From contig CALWKE010000002.1 of the NCBI GenBank assembly GCA_944381185.1, forward strand, positions 2,050 through 66,049: a stretch of DNA of 64,000 nt, read 5' to 3'. The stretch comes from an uncultured Clostridia bacterium. GTDB lineage: Bacteria > Bacillota > Clostridia > Christensenellales > UBA1242. The notes beneath the pieces are model-generated. The model did no database searches. It worked only from the letters and a program-made list of their open reading frames with translations, and was not told the origin of the DNA. This document shows positions 36,353 through 43,987 of the stretch, one piece after another. The first letter of the stretch is position 1. Each line of letters opens with the position of its first letter. The translations under genes and the position numbers were made by a program.

Positions 36353-36925
36353 ATGAGTATTAACTATATTTTATCGCAACTGTTTGTTATTTTTCACTAT
36401 GTTATGCTCGGTGCAACATATCTTATAATCAGCAGAAAAAAGATATTAATTTTTAGTTTGATATCACTTTTGTTAAATGGTGTTTCATTTATATTTTTAT
36501 CGGCATGGTCTGGGCTTGCAACAGTTGGTATTGCTGTGACAAGAAATATTATATTTTTAATTCAAAATAAAAATAGAAAGGTTGATGAACAAAATACAAT
36601 AACTTGGGTTGATTGGCTGATATTGATAGTGTTGTTTGTGATTTCAATAATACTTGCAATATTTACTTATAATGGAATATTCAGTTTGCTTTCGGTTGTT
36701 GCGACAATGGTTTACACGGTTTCAGTTTGGCATAAAGATGTCAAAGTTTATGGAATTTTAGGCGTTGTTGCAAGTGCCCTTTGGATTGGATATTATATAT
36801 TTATAAACTCTATTTTTGCGGTGTTATTAGAGTCGGTTGTTCTTGTTGTTGAGATTATTTCAGTGATAAAAAATTATAAGAACAAAAAATTGAACTTAAC
36901 TGGAGATAGTTATGGAAAAAGTTAG
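36353..36925 (+). CDS. integral membrane protein (YgjV-like)
   Basis: 190 aa, 5-6 TM segments. Overall pattern resembles the YgjV inner-membrane family; assignment is by eye. Confidence 0.5.
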   Translation: MSINYILSQLFVIFHYVMLGATYLIISRKKILIFSLISLLLNGVSFIFLSAWSGLATVGIAVTRNIIFLIQNKNRKVDEQNTITWVDWLILIVLFVISIILAIFTYNGIFSLLSVVATMVYTVSVWHKDVKVYGILGVVASALWIGYYIFINSIFAVLLESVVLVVEIISVIKNYKNKKLNLTGDSYGKS

Positions 36926-37409
36926 TTTTGGCAAGGTTGTAAAAATTCACGGAATTGCAGGCGGAATGAAGGTTGCAACCAAATATGATAGAGATTTTGA
37001 TATTCAAAAAGTTGATTTTGTTTTTGACGAAAATGATAATAAATTTAAAGTTAATAGGATTTTTCAAACAAATGATGGTGTTGTTGTGATTTTAGATGGA
37101 GTTGATATAAACAAAGCACGAACATTTATTGGAAGATATTTTTATATTGACAGAAATTTGGTTGCTGATAAAATTTTGATTGAAGACTTAAAAAATTCTG
37201 TTGTGGTTTTTGATGACGGCGAAGTCTTTGGAAAAATCACTGATGTCCAAGACTATGGCAGTGCCGAAGTTTTTTATTTGAAAGATGATAATGGTAAAGA
37301 ATTTATGTTTCCAAATGTTGTTGGACTTATTAAGTCTTTTGATTATAAAGAAAAAAGGCTCGTTATAGATAAGCAAAAATTAAAAGAGGTCTGCGATTAT
37401 GAGGATTGA
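36912..37409 (+). CDS. rimM: 16S rRNA processing protein RimM
   Basis: ..GKVVKIHGIAGGMKV.. N-terminal barrel and a PRC-barrel C-terminus. Immediately upstream of and overlapping trmD. Confidence 0.9.
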   Translation: MEKVSFGKVVKIHGIAGGMKVATKYDRDFDIQKVDFVFDENDNKFKVNRIFQTNDGVVVILDGVDINKARTFIGRYFYIDRNLVADKILIEDLKNSVVVFDDGEVFGKITDVQDYGSAEVFYLKDDNGKEFMFPNVVGLIKSFDYKEKRLVIDKQKLKEVCDYED

Positions 37410-38076
37410 TATTTTAACACTTTTTCCGGAAATGTTTGCACCAATAAAAGAAAGTATTTTGAAGCGTGGGGCAGAGAGTGGAAAACTTGAAATAAATATA
37501 ATTAATATTCGTGACTACTCTAAAGACAAACACAAAAAATGTGATGACTATACCTTTGGTGGTGGACCGGGAATGCTTATGATGCCACAGCCGATTTATG
37601 ATGCAATAACAAGCATTGATGGCTACAAAGATGCACGCAAAATCTACCTTAGCCCAAAGGGAAAAATTTTTAATCAAAAAATGGCAAGCGAGTTATCAAA
37701 AAATAACCATATAATACTTTTATGCGGGCACTATGAAGGCGTTGACCAAAGGGTTATTGATTTGCTTATTGATGAAGAAATTTCTGTTGGTGATTATGTG
37801 CTTACTGGTGGTGAACTTCCAGCGATGATTATTGTTGATGCAGTTTCAAGATTAATACCCGGAGTTTTAGGGGGAGAATTATCTGCTGAAATTGAAACTT
37901 TTTCAGACGGACTACTAGAATATCCACAATACACAAAGCCAAGAGAATTTATGGGACTTGAAGTTCCTGAAGTATTGCTTTCAGGCAATCACCAAAAAAT
38001 TGATGAGTGGAGAAAACAAAAGTCATTAGAACTTACAAAAAATAATAGACCAGATTTGTTAGATAAAAATAATTAG
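37399..38076 (+). CDS. trmD: tRNA (guanine37-N1)-methyltransferase TrmD
   Basis: MRIDILTLFPEMF.., ..DYTFGGGPGMLM.. and ..LLCGHYEGVDQRV.. are TrmD signature blocks. Confidence 0.96.
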   Translation: MRIDILTLFPEMFAPIKESILKRGAESGKLEINIINIRDYSKDKHKKCDDYTFGGGPGMLMMPQPIYDAITSIDGYKDARKIYLSPKGKIFNQKMASELSKNNHIILLCGHYEGVDQRVIDLLIDEEISVGDYVLTGGELPAMIIVDAVSRLIPGVLGGELSAEIETFSDGLLEYPQYTKPREFMGLEVPEVLLSGNHQKIDEWRKQKSLELTKNNRPDLLDKNN

Positions 38077-38108
38077 TTATAATAATATAATCATGCAAAG
38101 GAAGAAAT

Positions 38109-38600
38109 ATGAAAAAGCATATTGAATTTAAAAAATTAGTTAAAATTAACAAAAAAACATTCAATAAAATTGTTAAATGGCTTTTTGATTGGTGGGGTAA
38201 AAAGCGTGGATATTCTCTTGAACAAATGAATTGTTATGTTGAACATAGTTTAAACGAAGATAAATTGCCAATAATATACGGATTATTTTTGGATGGTGAG
38301 ATAATTGGAATGTATCAATTTGTTTATAGTGATTTTGAAATCAGACCAGACATCTATCCATGGCTTGCAAATGTTTATATTGATGAAAAATATCGTGGTA
38401 AAGGATATGGAAGAAATTTACTTGAACAAGTTAAAGATACTGCACAAAAAGATATATCATTTAATGAACTTTTTCTGTATACCAAACATAATGGGTTATA
38501 TGAAAAATTTGGTTTTGAATTTGTTCAAGATTTTGATACATTTTCAAAAGAACCGAGAATTCAAAGACTTTATAAAATGAATTTAAAAAAGTGGGAATAA
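38109..38600 (+). CDS. GNAT family N-acetyltransferase
   Basis: Acetyl-CoA motif A ..VYIDEKYRGKGYGRNLLEQV.. (Q/RxxGxG/A). 163 aa. Confidence 0.85.
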   Translation: MKKHIEFKKLVKINKKTFNKIVKWLFDWWGKKRGYSLEQMNCYVEHSLNEDKLPIIYGLFLDGEIIGMYQFVYSDFEIRPDIYPWLANVYIDEKYRGKGYGRNLLEQVKDTAQKDISFNELFLYTKHNGLYEKFGFEFVQDFDTFSKEPRIQRLYKMNLKKWE

Positions 38601-38603
38601 AAT

Positions 38604-39470
38604 ATGTTTGATGAAGAAATTGAAATTCAAAAAAAGAATAAACTTAAATGGTTTCCGGGGCACATGAAGAAAGCACTTGATGATATTGAGGATAATAAAA
38701 TTAAACTTGCAGATGTTATTCTTTATGTGCTTGACAGCAGAGCACCATTTTCATGTTTAAATCCGAATGTAAATAAAATTGTTCATAACAAACCAATAAT
38801 ATATGTTTTCAATAAATTTGACCTTGCTGATGAAAAGCGAGTTATTGAAATTCAAAAGCAATTTTCAAGTGAAAACAAAGTTTCAATTATTGTTAATGCC
38901 ACAAGTTCAGCGTTTAAACAGGCAGTTAAAAACGCATTAAAACAAGTGTTAAAAGATAAAATTGAGAGAAATAAGGCAAAGAATTTGCGTGCAACATATA
39001 AAGTTTTGGTTTTAGGAGTTCCAAATACTGGTAAAAGCACTCTTATTAATATGTTATCGGGCACAAAAAAAGCAAAGACAGGCAACATTGCAGGAGTAAC
39101 AAAAGTTAATAACTGGATTAAAATTGATGATGACTTTTTGCTTTTAGATACACCCGGGGTGCTTTGGCCAAGTTTTGATGATGAAATTTCAAGAAATCTT
39201 GCCTATGTTGGTTCGCTTTCTGATAAGGAATTTGACCTTGCAGATTTGGGCTTTGAACTTATGAAAATTATTTTTGAAAAGTATCCAAATAATTTAAAAC
39301 AAAAATTTGAAGTTAACTTTGAATTTGAAGAGTTTATTGAACTTTATGACAGATTTTGCAAAAAGCGTGGATTTTTAATACGTGGTGGTGAAATTGATTA
39401 TAACCGTGCTGGTAAAACATTTGTTGATGATTTCAGGGCAGGAAAATTTGGAAGAATAACTCTTGAATAG
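38604..39470 (+). CDS. rbgA: ribosome biogenesis GTPase A (YlqF/RbgA)
   Basis: Circularly permuted GTPase order: NKFDL (G4), then GVPNTGKST (G1), then DTPG (G3). N-terminal WFPGHM motif. Confidence 0.93.
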   Translation: MFDEEIEIQKKNKLKWFPGHMKKALDDIEDNKIKLADVILYVLDSRAPFSCLNPNVNKIVHNKPIIYVFNKFDLADEKRVIEIQKQFSSENKVSIIVNATSSAFKQAVKNALKQVLKDKIERNKAKNLRATYKVLVLGVPNTGKSTLINMLSGTKKAKTGNIAGVTKVNNWIKIDDDFLLLDTPGVLWPSFDDEISRNLAYVGSLSDKEFDLADLGFELMKIIFEKYPNNLKQKFEVNFEFEEFIELYDRFCKKRGFLIRGGEIDYNRAGKTFVDDFRAGKFGRITLE

Positions 39471-39477
39471 GTGAATT

Positions 39478-40104
39478 ATGACACAAAGGAAAAAAGTTGA
39501 TATTAATGAAAAATTAGTTTTTGAACGAGAAGAGTTAGAAAAAGGAAATAAACTTATTGCTGGTTGTGATGAGGTTGGCAGAGGTCCACTTGCAGGACCT
39601 GTTTGCGTTGCCTGTGTTATTATGCCACTTGACAATTTGATTGATGGGATTGATGATAGTAAAAAAATTAGTGAAAAAAAACGAGAGATGCTAGCAGAGA
39701 AAATTAAAGAGACAGCAATAAGTTATTCTATTTGTATGGTTAGTGAGGAAACCATTGACAAAATTAATATTTTAGAAGCAACAAAACTTTGCATGAAAAA
39801 TGCCATTGAAAAACTTGATGTTAAGCCTGATATTGTTTTAGTTGATGCTATTTCGAAACTAGACACAGATGTTAAGGTTCGTGGAATCGTTAAGGGTGAC
39901 GCTTTAAGTTATAGTATTGGGGCGGCTAGTATTTTGGCTAAAGTTGAGAGAGATAAATTTATGTGTGAACTTGCAAAAGAATATCCAGAGTATGGTTTTG
40001 AAAAAAATAAGGGATATGGAACCAAAGAGCACATTGAAGCACTTAAACAAATTGGTCCATGTGTTTGCCACAGATTAAGTTTTTTAAAGTTTTTGGAAAA
40101 GTGA
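39478..40104 (+). CDS. rnhB: ribonuclease HII
   Basis: ..IAGCDEVGRGPLAGPV.. catalytic DE motif plus ..DSKK.., ..GYGT..H... 208 aa. Confidence 0.94.
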   Translation: MTQRKKVDINEKLVFEREELEKGNKLIAGCDEVGRGPLAGPVCVACVIMPLDNLIDGIDDSKKISEKKREMLAEKIKETAISYSICMVSEETIDKINILEATKLCMKNAIEKLDVKPDIVLVDAISKLDTDVKVRGIVKGDALSYSIGAASILAKVERDKFMCELAKEYPEYGFEKNKGYGTKEHIEALKQIGPCVCHRLSFLKFLEK

Positions 40105-40105
40105 T

Positions 40106-40576
40106 ATGTTTAATGAAAGAACTTGGAAAGAAGGAGAAAAGATAACACAAGAATATATGAAAAAAAATGGGTATAAAATAGTTTATACCAATTTTTCTTG
40201 TGTGGGCGTTGAACTTGATATTGTTGCAATTTTAGCAAAAAAAGTTCAATATAAAATTGAAAAAAATAGAATAAAACAAGAGATAAAAAACGCAAAAGAT
40301 ATTAAAATTAAGCAAAATTTAATGCAAAAACTTAAAAATATTAAAAAATCTTTAACAGACCTGCTTGTTATCACTGAAGTAAAAGCAAGGCAAAATGAAA
40401 AATTTGGAAGTGGGTTTGATGCAATTTCAACAAAGAAAAAAGTTAATATTATTCGAGGTGCGAAATTTCTTTTAAAAGATAAAAAGTTTCAAGACAAACA
40501 AATTCGTTTTGATGTTGCAAGTGTTGACAATGGCAAAGTTACATATATTGAAAATGCTTTTGATGCAAATATTTAA
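40106..40576 (+). CDS. yraN: YraN family (UPF0102) endonuclease-like protein with internal Lys-rich insertion
   Basis: ..GEKITQEYMKKNGYKIVYTNF..VELDIVAI.. then ..LLVITEVKAR.. and ..IRFDVASV.. match the YraN core. About 45 extra residues lie between the ELDIVA and EVKAR strands. Confidence 0.8.
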   Translation: MFNERTWKEGEKITQEYMKKNGYKIVYTNFSCVGVELDIVAILAKKVQYKIEKNRIKQEIKNAKDIKIKQNLMQKLKNIKKSLTDLLVITEVKARQNEKFGSGFDAISTKKKVNIIRGAKFLLKDKKFQDKQIRFDVASVDNGKVTYIENAFDANI

Positions 40577-40660
40577 CTTAATTTGTTTGGTTAACTAAAA
40601 TTTTAAGAAAGGCAAATATAAATAAAAAGCGAAGAAAAGATATTATTTTACAAAAAATGC

Positions 40661-40689
40661 TTGATTTTATTTTGATTGGGTGGTATACT
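40661..40689 (+). promoter_or_regulatory. sigma-A promoter of rplS
   Basis: TTGATT-17 nt-TATACT, 108 nt upstream of the rplS ATG. Confidence 0.7.
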
Positions 40690-40768
40690 CTTAACGTGAC
40701 TTATGAGTGGTCCTCTGCATTAGAGCTAGCAAGAACACTCTTACATACTTTATAAAGGAGGCAAACCT
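40690..40768 (+). promoter_or_regulatory. structured rplS 5' leader (candidate L19 autoregulatory leader)
   Basis: About 75-nt UTR with nested helices GAGTG..CACTC and CTCT-GCATT-AGAG upstream of AAGGAGG. Firmicute rplS genes carry an L19_leader element in this position. Confidence 0.45.
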
Positions 40769-41110
40769 ATGAATATTATCGATTCAATTGAAAAAGAAGG
40801 TATGCGCACTGATATTCCTGCTTTTAGCGTTGGTGACACCGTTAAAGTTTTCGTTAAAGTTATTGAAGGAACTCATGAAAGATTGCAGGCATTTGAAGGT
40901 GTGGTTATAGCTCGTAAAAATGGTGGCATAAGAGAAACTTTCACTGTTCGTCGTATATCTTTTGGAATTGGCGTTGAAAGAACATTCCCATTGCATTCAC
41001 CAAAAATTGACCATATTGAAGTTGTTCGTAAGGGTGTTGTTAGAAGGGCTAAACTTTATTATCTTAAAGGCAAAACCGCCAAGAATTCTAGAATTAAAGA
41101 AAAGAAATAA
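40769..41110 (+). CDS. rplS: 50S ribosomal protein L19
   Basis: ..[61 protein letters not shown].. is canonical L19. Confidence 0.96.
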   Translation: MNIIDSIEKEGMRTDIPAFSVGDTVKVFVKVIEGTHERLQAFEGVVIARKNGGIRETFTVRRISFGIGVERTFPLHSPKIDHIEVVRKGVVRRAKLYYLKGKTAKNSRIKEKK

Positions 41111-41117
41111 TTTATTA

Positions 41118-41149
41118 AAGAATATACAAATTTGTATATTCTTTTTTTT
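41118..41149 (+). terminator. rho-independent terminator after rplS
   Basis: AAGAATATACAAA/TTTGTATATTCTT palindromic stem followed by TTTTTTT. Confidence 0.85.
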
Positions 41150-41168
41150 ATTTAAATTTTTGTTAATC

Positions 41169-41197
41169 TTGATTTTGTATTTTAAAATTTTTATGAT
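41169..41197 (+). promoter_or_regulatory. sigma-A promoter of comM-dprA
   Basis: TTGATT-17 nt-TATGAT, 59 nt upstream of the comM ATG. Confidence 0.6.
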
Positions 41198-41227
41198 ATT
41201 ATTTTGTTGTAGTTTGTCGAGGTTAAT

Positions 41228-42754
41228 ATGTTTTCAAAAATTTTTAGTTATGGTTTAGTTGGGCTTAAAGGTCTTAAAATAGATGTTGAAGTTGACACAA
41301 TTCTTGGACTTCCAAGATATGATATAGTTGGGCTTCCAGATGCAGTTGTTAAAGAGTCGGGGCAAAGAGTTCGTTCTGCAATAAAAAATTCGGGTTTTAA
41401 ATTTCCTAATAATAAGGTGATTGTTAATCTTGCACCTGCAAATATAAAAAAAGTTGGTGCTATTTATGATCTGCCTATTGCAATTGCAATTCTTGAATCT
41501 ATGGGAGAGGTTAAAAAGAGTAGAATTTCAAGTTTTGTGATTATGGGTGAACTTGGGCTTGATGGTGAAGTTCGTGCCATTAATGGTGTTTTGCCTGCAC
41601 TGATTTCAGCAAGGCAAGAAGGATACACAAATTTCATTATTCCAAAAGCGAATGAAAAAGAGGCTAGTTACATTGACGGAATAAATGTGTATACTTTTAA
41701 TTCGCTTGCTGATGTTGTTGCATTTTTAAATGGAACAGTTGATGTTTCTCCCGTTCAAAAAGCAGAGTGGAAAAGTGAAACAAACGAGAATATCAACGAA
41801 GATTTTGCAAGAGTAAAAGGTCAGAAAATTGCAAAGCGTGCAATAGAAATTGCTGTTAGTGGTGGTCATAATATTTTGATGGTAGGACCTCCGGGGGCAG
41901 GCAAAACAATGATTGCAAGGTGCATTCCTTCAATCATGCCAGACCTGACTTTTGATGAAGCGCTTGAAGTTACAAAAATTCATTCTATTGCAGGAGAACT
42001 TGATTTATCTAAAGGTGTGATTTCATCAAGACCGTTTAGAAGTCCGCATCACACAGCGTCAACAGTTGCACTTGCTGGTGGTGGAAAAGATGCAAAACCG
42101 GGTGAAGTTAGTTTGGCAAGCAATGGTGTTTTGTTTTTAGATGAACTTCCAGAGTATTCAAGAACAACTCTTGAAACTCTTCGCCAGCCACTTGAAGATG
42201 GTGAAATTACAATTTCACGGGCGAGTGGAACTTTTGATTATCCTGCAAACTTTATGCTTGTTGCAAGTATGAACCCATGTCCTTGTGGAAACTTTGGCTC
42301 AAAAGATGCGGTTTGCACATGTTCGCCAACGCAAATCCAAAATTATTTGAAAAAGATATCAGGGCCACTTCTTGATAGAATTGACCTTAAAATTGATGTT
42401 GAAAGAGTTAAGTTTTTAGAACTTACTTCAAAGGAACTTGAAGAGCCAAGTAGTGAGATAAAAAAGCGAGTTGATAGGGCTCGTCAAATTCAAAATGAAA
42501 GGTTTAAGGGAACTAAAATTCATACTAATGCAAAAATGAATTCAAAGATGATTAATGAATTTTGCAAACTTGATGATGAAAGTGAACAACTTATGAAAAT
42601 GGCTTTTGACAAATTTCATATTTCAGCAAGAGGATATACAAGAATCTTGAAAGTTGCAAGAACAATTGCTGACCTTGCTGGAAGTCAAAATATTGAAGCA
42701 AATCACATTGCAGAAGCTCTTGCATATCGAAATATAGATAAATTTCAACTTTAA
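41228..42754 (+). CDS. comM: YifB/ComM family Mg-chelatase-like ATPase
   Basis: Lon-protease-like N-domain plus an AAA+ core (GPPGAGKTM, ..VLFLDELPE..). 508 aa. Confidence 0.92.
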   Translation: MFSKIFSYGLVGLKGLKIDVEVDTILGLPRYDIVGLPDAVVKESGQRVRSAIKNSGFKFPNNKVIVNLAPANIKKVGAIYDLPIAIAILESMGEVKKSRISSFVIMGELGLDGEVRAINGVLPALISARQEGYTNFIIPKANEKEASYIDGINVYTFNSLADVVAFLNGTVDVSPVQKAEWKSETNENINEDFARVKGQKIAKRAIEIAVSGGHNILMVGPPGAGKTMIARCIPSIMPDLTFDEALEVTKIHSIAGELDLSKGVISSRPFRSPHHTASTVALAGGGKDAKPGEVSLASNGVLFLDELPEYSRTTLETLRQPLEDGEITISRASGTFDYPANFMLVASMNPCPCGNFGSKDAVCTCSPTQIQNYLKKISGPLLDRIDLKIDVERVKFLELTSKELEEPSSEIKKRVDRARQIQNERFKGTKIHTNAKMNSKMINEFCKLDDESEQLMKMAFDKFHISARGYTRILKVARTIADLAGSQNIEANHIAEALAYRNIDKFQL

Positions 42755-42762
42755 GGAGTTAT

Positions 42763-43842
42763 ATGAAAGGAGAAGAACTAGCACTTATTTGGCTTAATCA
42801 AAATGGTATAAGTTTTTCAAAATCAGAAAAAATATTTAGTGAATTTGATAAAATTGATAGCATTTTTGAACCAAAATTAATAAAAAATGCGTTTTTTGAT
42901 TTTAATGGTGGCAGTGAATTAAAAGAAAAGTTAATTAACATTGACCCCATCAAATTTGAAAGAGAACTTGAAGAAAGTTTGTTTAAATATGACATCAAAG
43001 TTATAACTTATATTTCAAAGGAGTATCCTGAAAAATTAAAAAACATTGATGAGCCACCGCTTGCACTTTACTATAGAGGCGACATTAGTTTGCTTGGCAA
43101 AAAATCTATTGCGATTGTGGGAACAAGAAAGCCAAGCGATTATGGAAGACTGGTTTGTGAAAAATTTACAAAAGAATTATCTTCGTCAGGGCTTGTTACG
43201 GTTTCGGGGCTTGCCTATGGAACGGATACCATTGTTGCTGAAACAACTTTAAATTCAGGCGGGAAAACCATAGCGGTTTTAGCCGGTGGTCTAGACTCAA
43301 TTTATCCTTTTCAAAATAAAGCGCTTTCAGAGCGTATTATAAAAAATGGATTATTAGTTAGTGAGTATATGCCAAGGCAAAAGCCAACAAATTATTCATT
43401 TTTAGAGCGTAACAGAATTGTTTCAGCACTTTCACTTGGAACACTTATTATTGAAGCAGGCAAACGCAGTGGAACCATGACAACTGCAAGATTTGCGATT
43501 GACCAAGGAAGAGAACTTTTTGTTGTTCCGGGGAATATTACTTCACCTGAAAGTGAGGGAACAAACAACTTAATTGATGAACTACCTGACACTTTTACAA
43601 TTAATCCTGATAGAATTTTAAATAAACTTGGCATTCAAAAAAGAGTAGAGCCAAAGAGTAAAACCCAAGTTAATCTTGATGAAAACTTAATTTTAAATGA
43701 ACTGTCTTCAGGAGAAAAAACTTTTAATGAACTTTCTGAAAAACTTGATATTGAGCCATCAAAACTTTCATCATTACTTATTAAAATGGAAATGTTTGGA
43801 CTTATTAAAAAAGGAAATTCAAACACTTACTTCAAAATTTAA
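42763..43842 (+). CDS. dprA: DNA processing protein DprA (Smf)
   Basis: Rossmann-fold blocks ..IAIVGTRKPSDYG.., ..SGLAYGTDT.. and ..GTMTTARFAIDQGRELFVVPG.., with a C-terminal winged helix. Confidence 0.92.
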   Translation: MKGEELALIWLNQNGISFSKSEKIFSEFDKIDSIFEPKLIKNAFFDFNGGSELKEKLINIDPIKFERELEESLFKYDIKVITYISKEYPEKLKNIDEPPLALYYRGDISLLGKKSIAIVGTRKPSDYGRLVCEKFTKELSSSGLVTVSGLAYGTDTIVAETTLNSGGKTIAVLAGGLDSIYPFQNKALSERIIKNGLLVSEYMPRQKPTNYSFLERNRIVSALSLGTLIIEAGKRSGTMTTARFAIDQGRELFVVPGNITSPESEGTNNLIDELPDTFTINPDRILNKLGIQKRVEPKSKTQVNLDENLILNELSSGEKTFNELSEKLDIEPSKLSSLLIKMEMFGLIKKGNSNTYFKI

Positions 43843-43932
43843 AGAGATACTTTATTTCGACAAAAAATATTATTAGATACAAATTTTTGAATTTGTCAAA
43901 AGAAATATTAGAGATATTGAATAAAAAGATGT

Positions 43933-43961
43933 TTGACAATTTTTAAATCAATGTGATAAAT
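43933..43961 (+). promoter_or_regulatory. sigma-A promoter of topA-trmFO-hslVU
   Basis: TTGACA-17 nt-ATAAAT (preceded by TGTG), 55 nt upstream of the topA ATG. Confidence 0.6.
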
Positions 43962-43987
43962 TGAGTTTTAGATTTGAAGGAGAGTAT

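Noticed and set aside
43843-43932. Imperfect direct repeats (TCGACAAAAAATATTATTAGATA / TGTCAAAAGAAATATTAGAGATA) and a short hairpin upstream of the topA promoter
   Set aside because: The similarity is modest and made of A/T-rich words that are expected by chance in this genome. There is no adjacent regulator gene to give it meaning.
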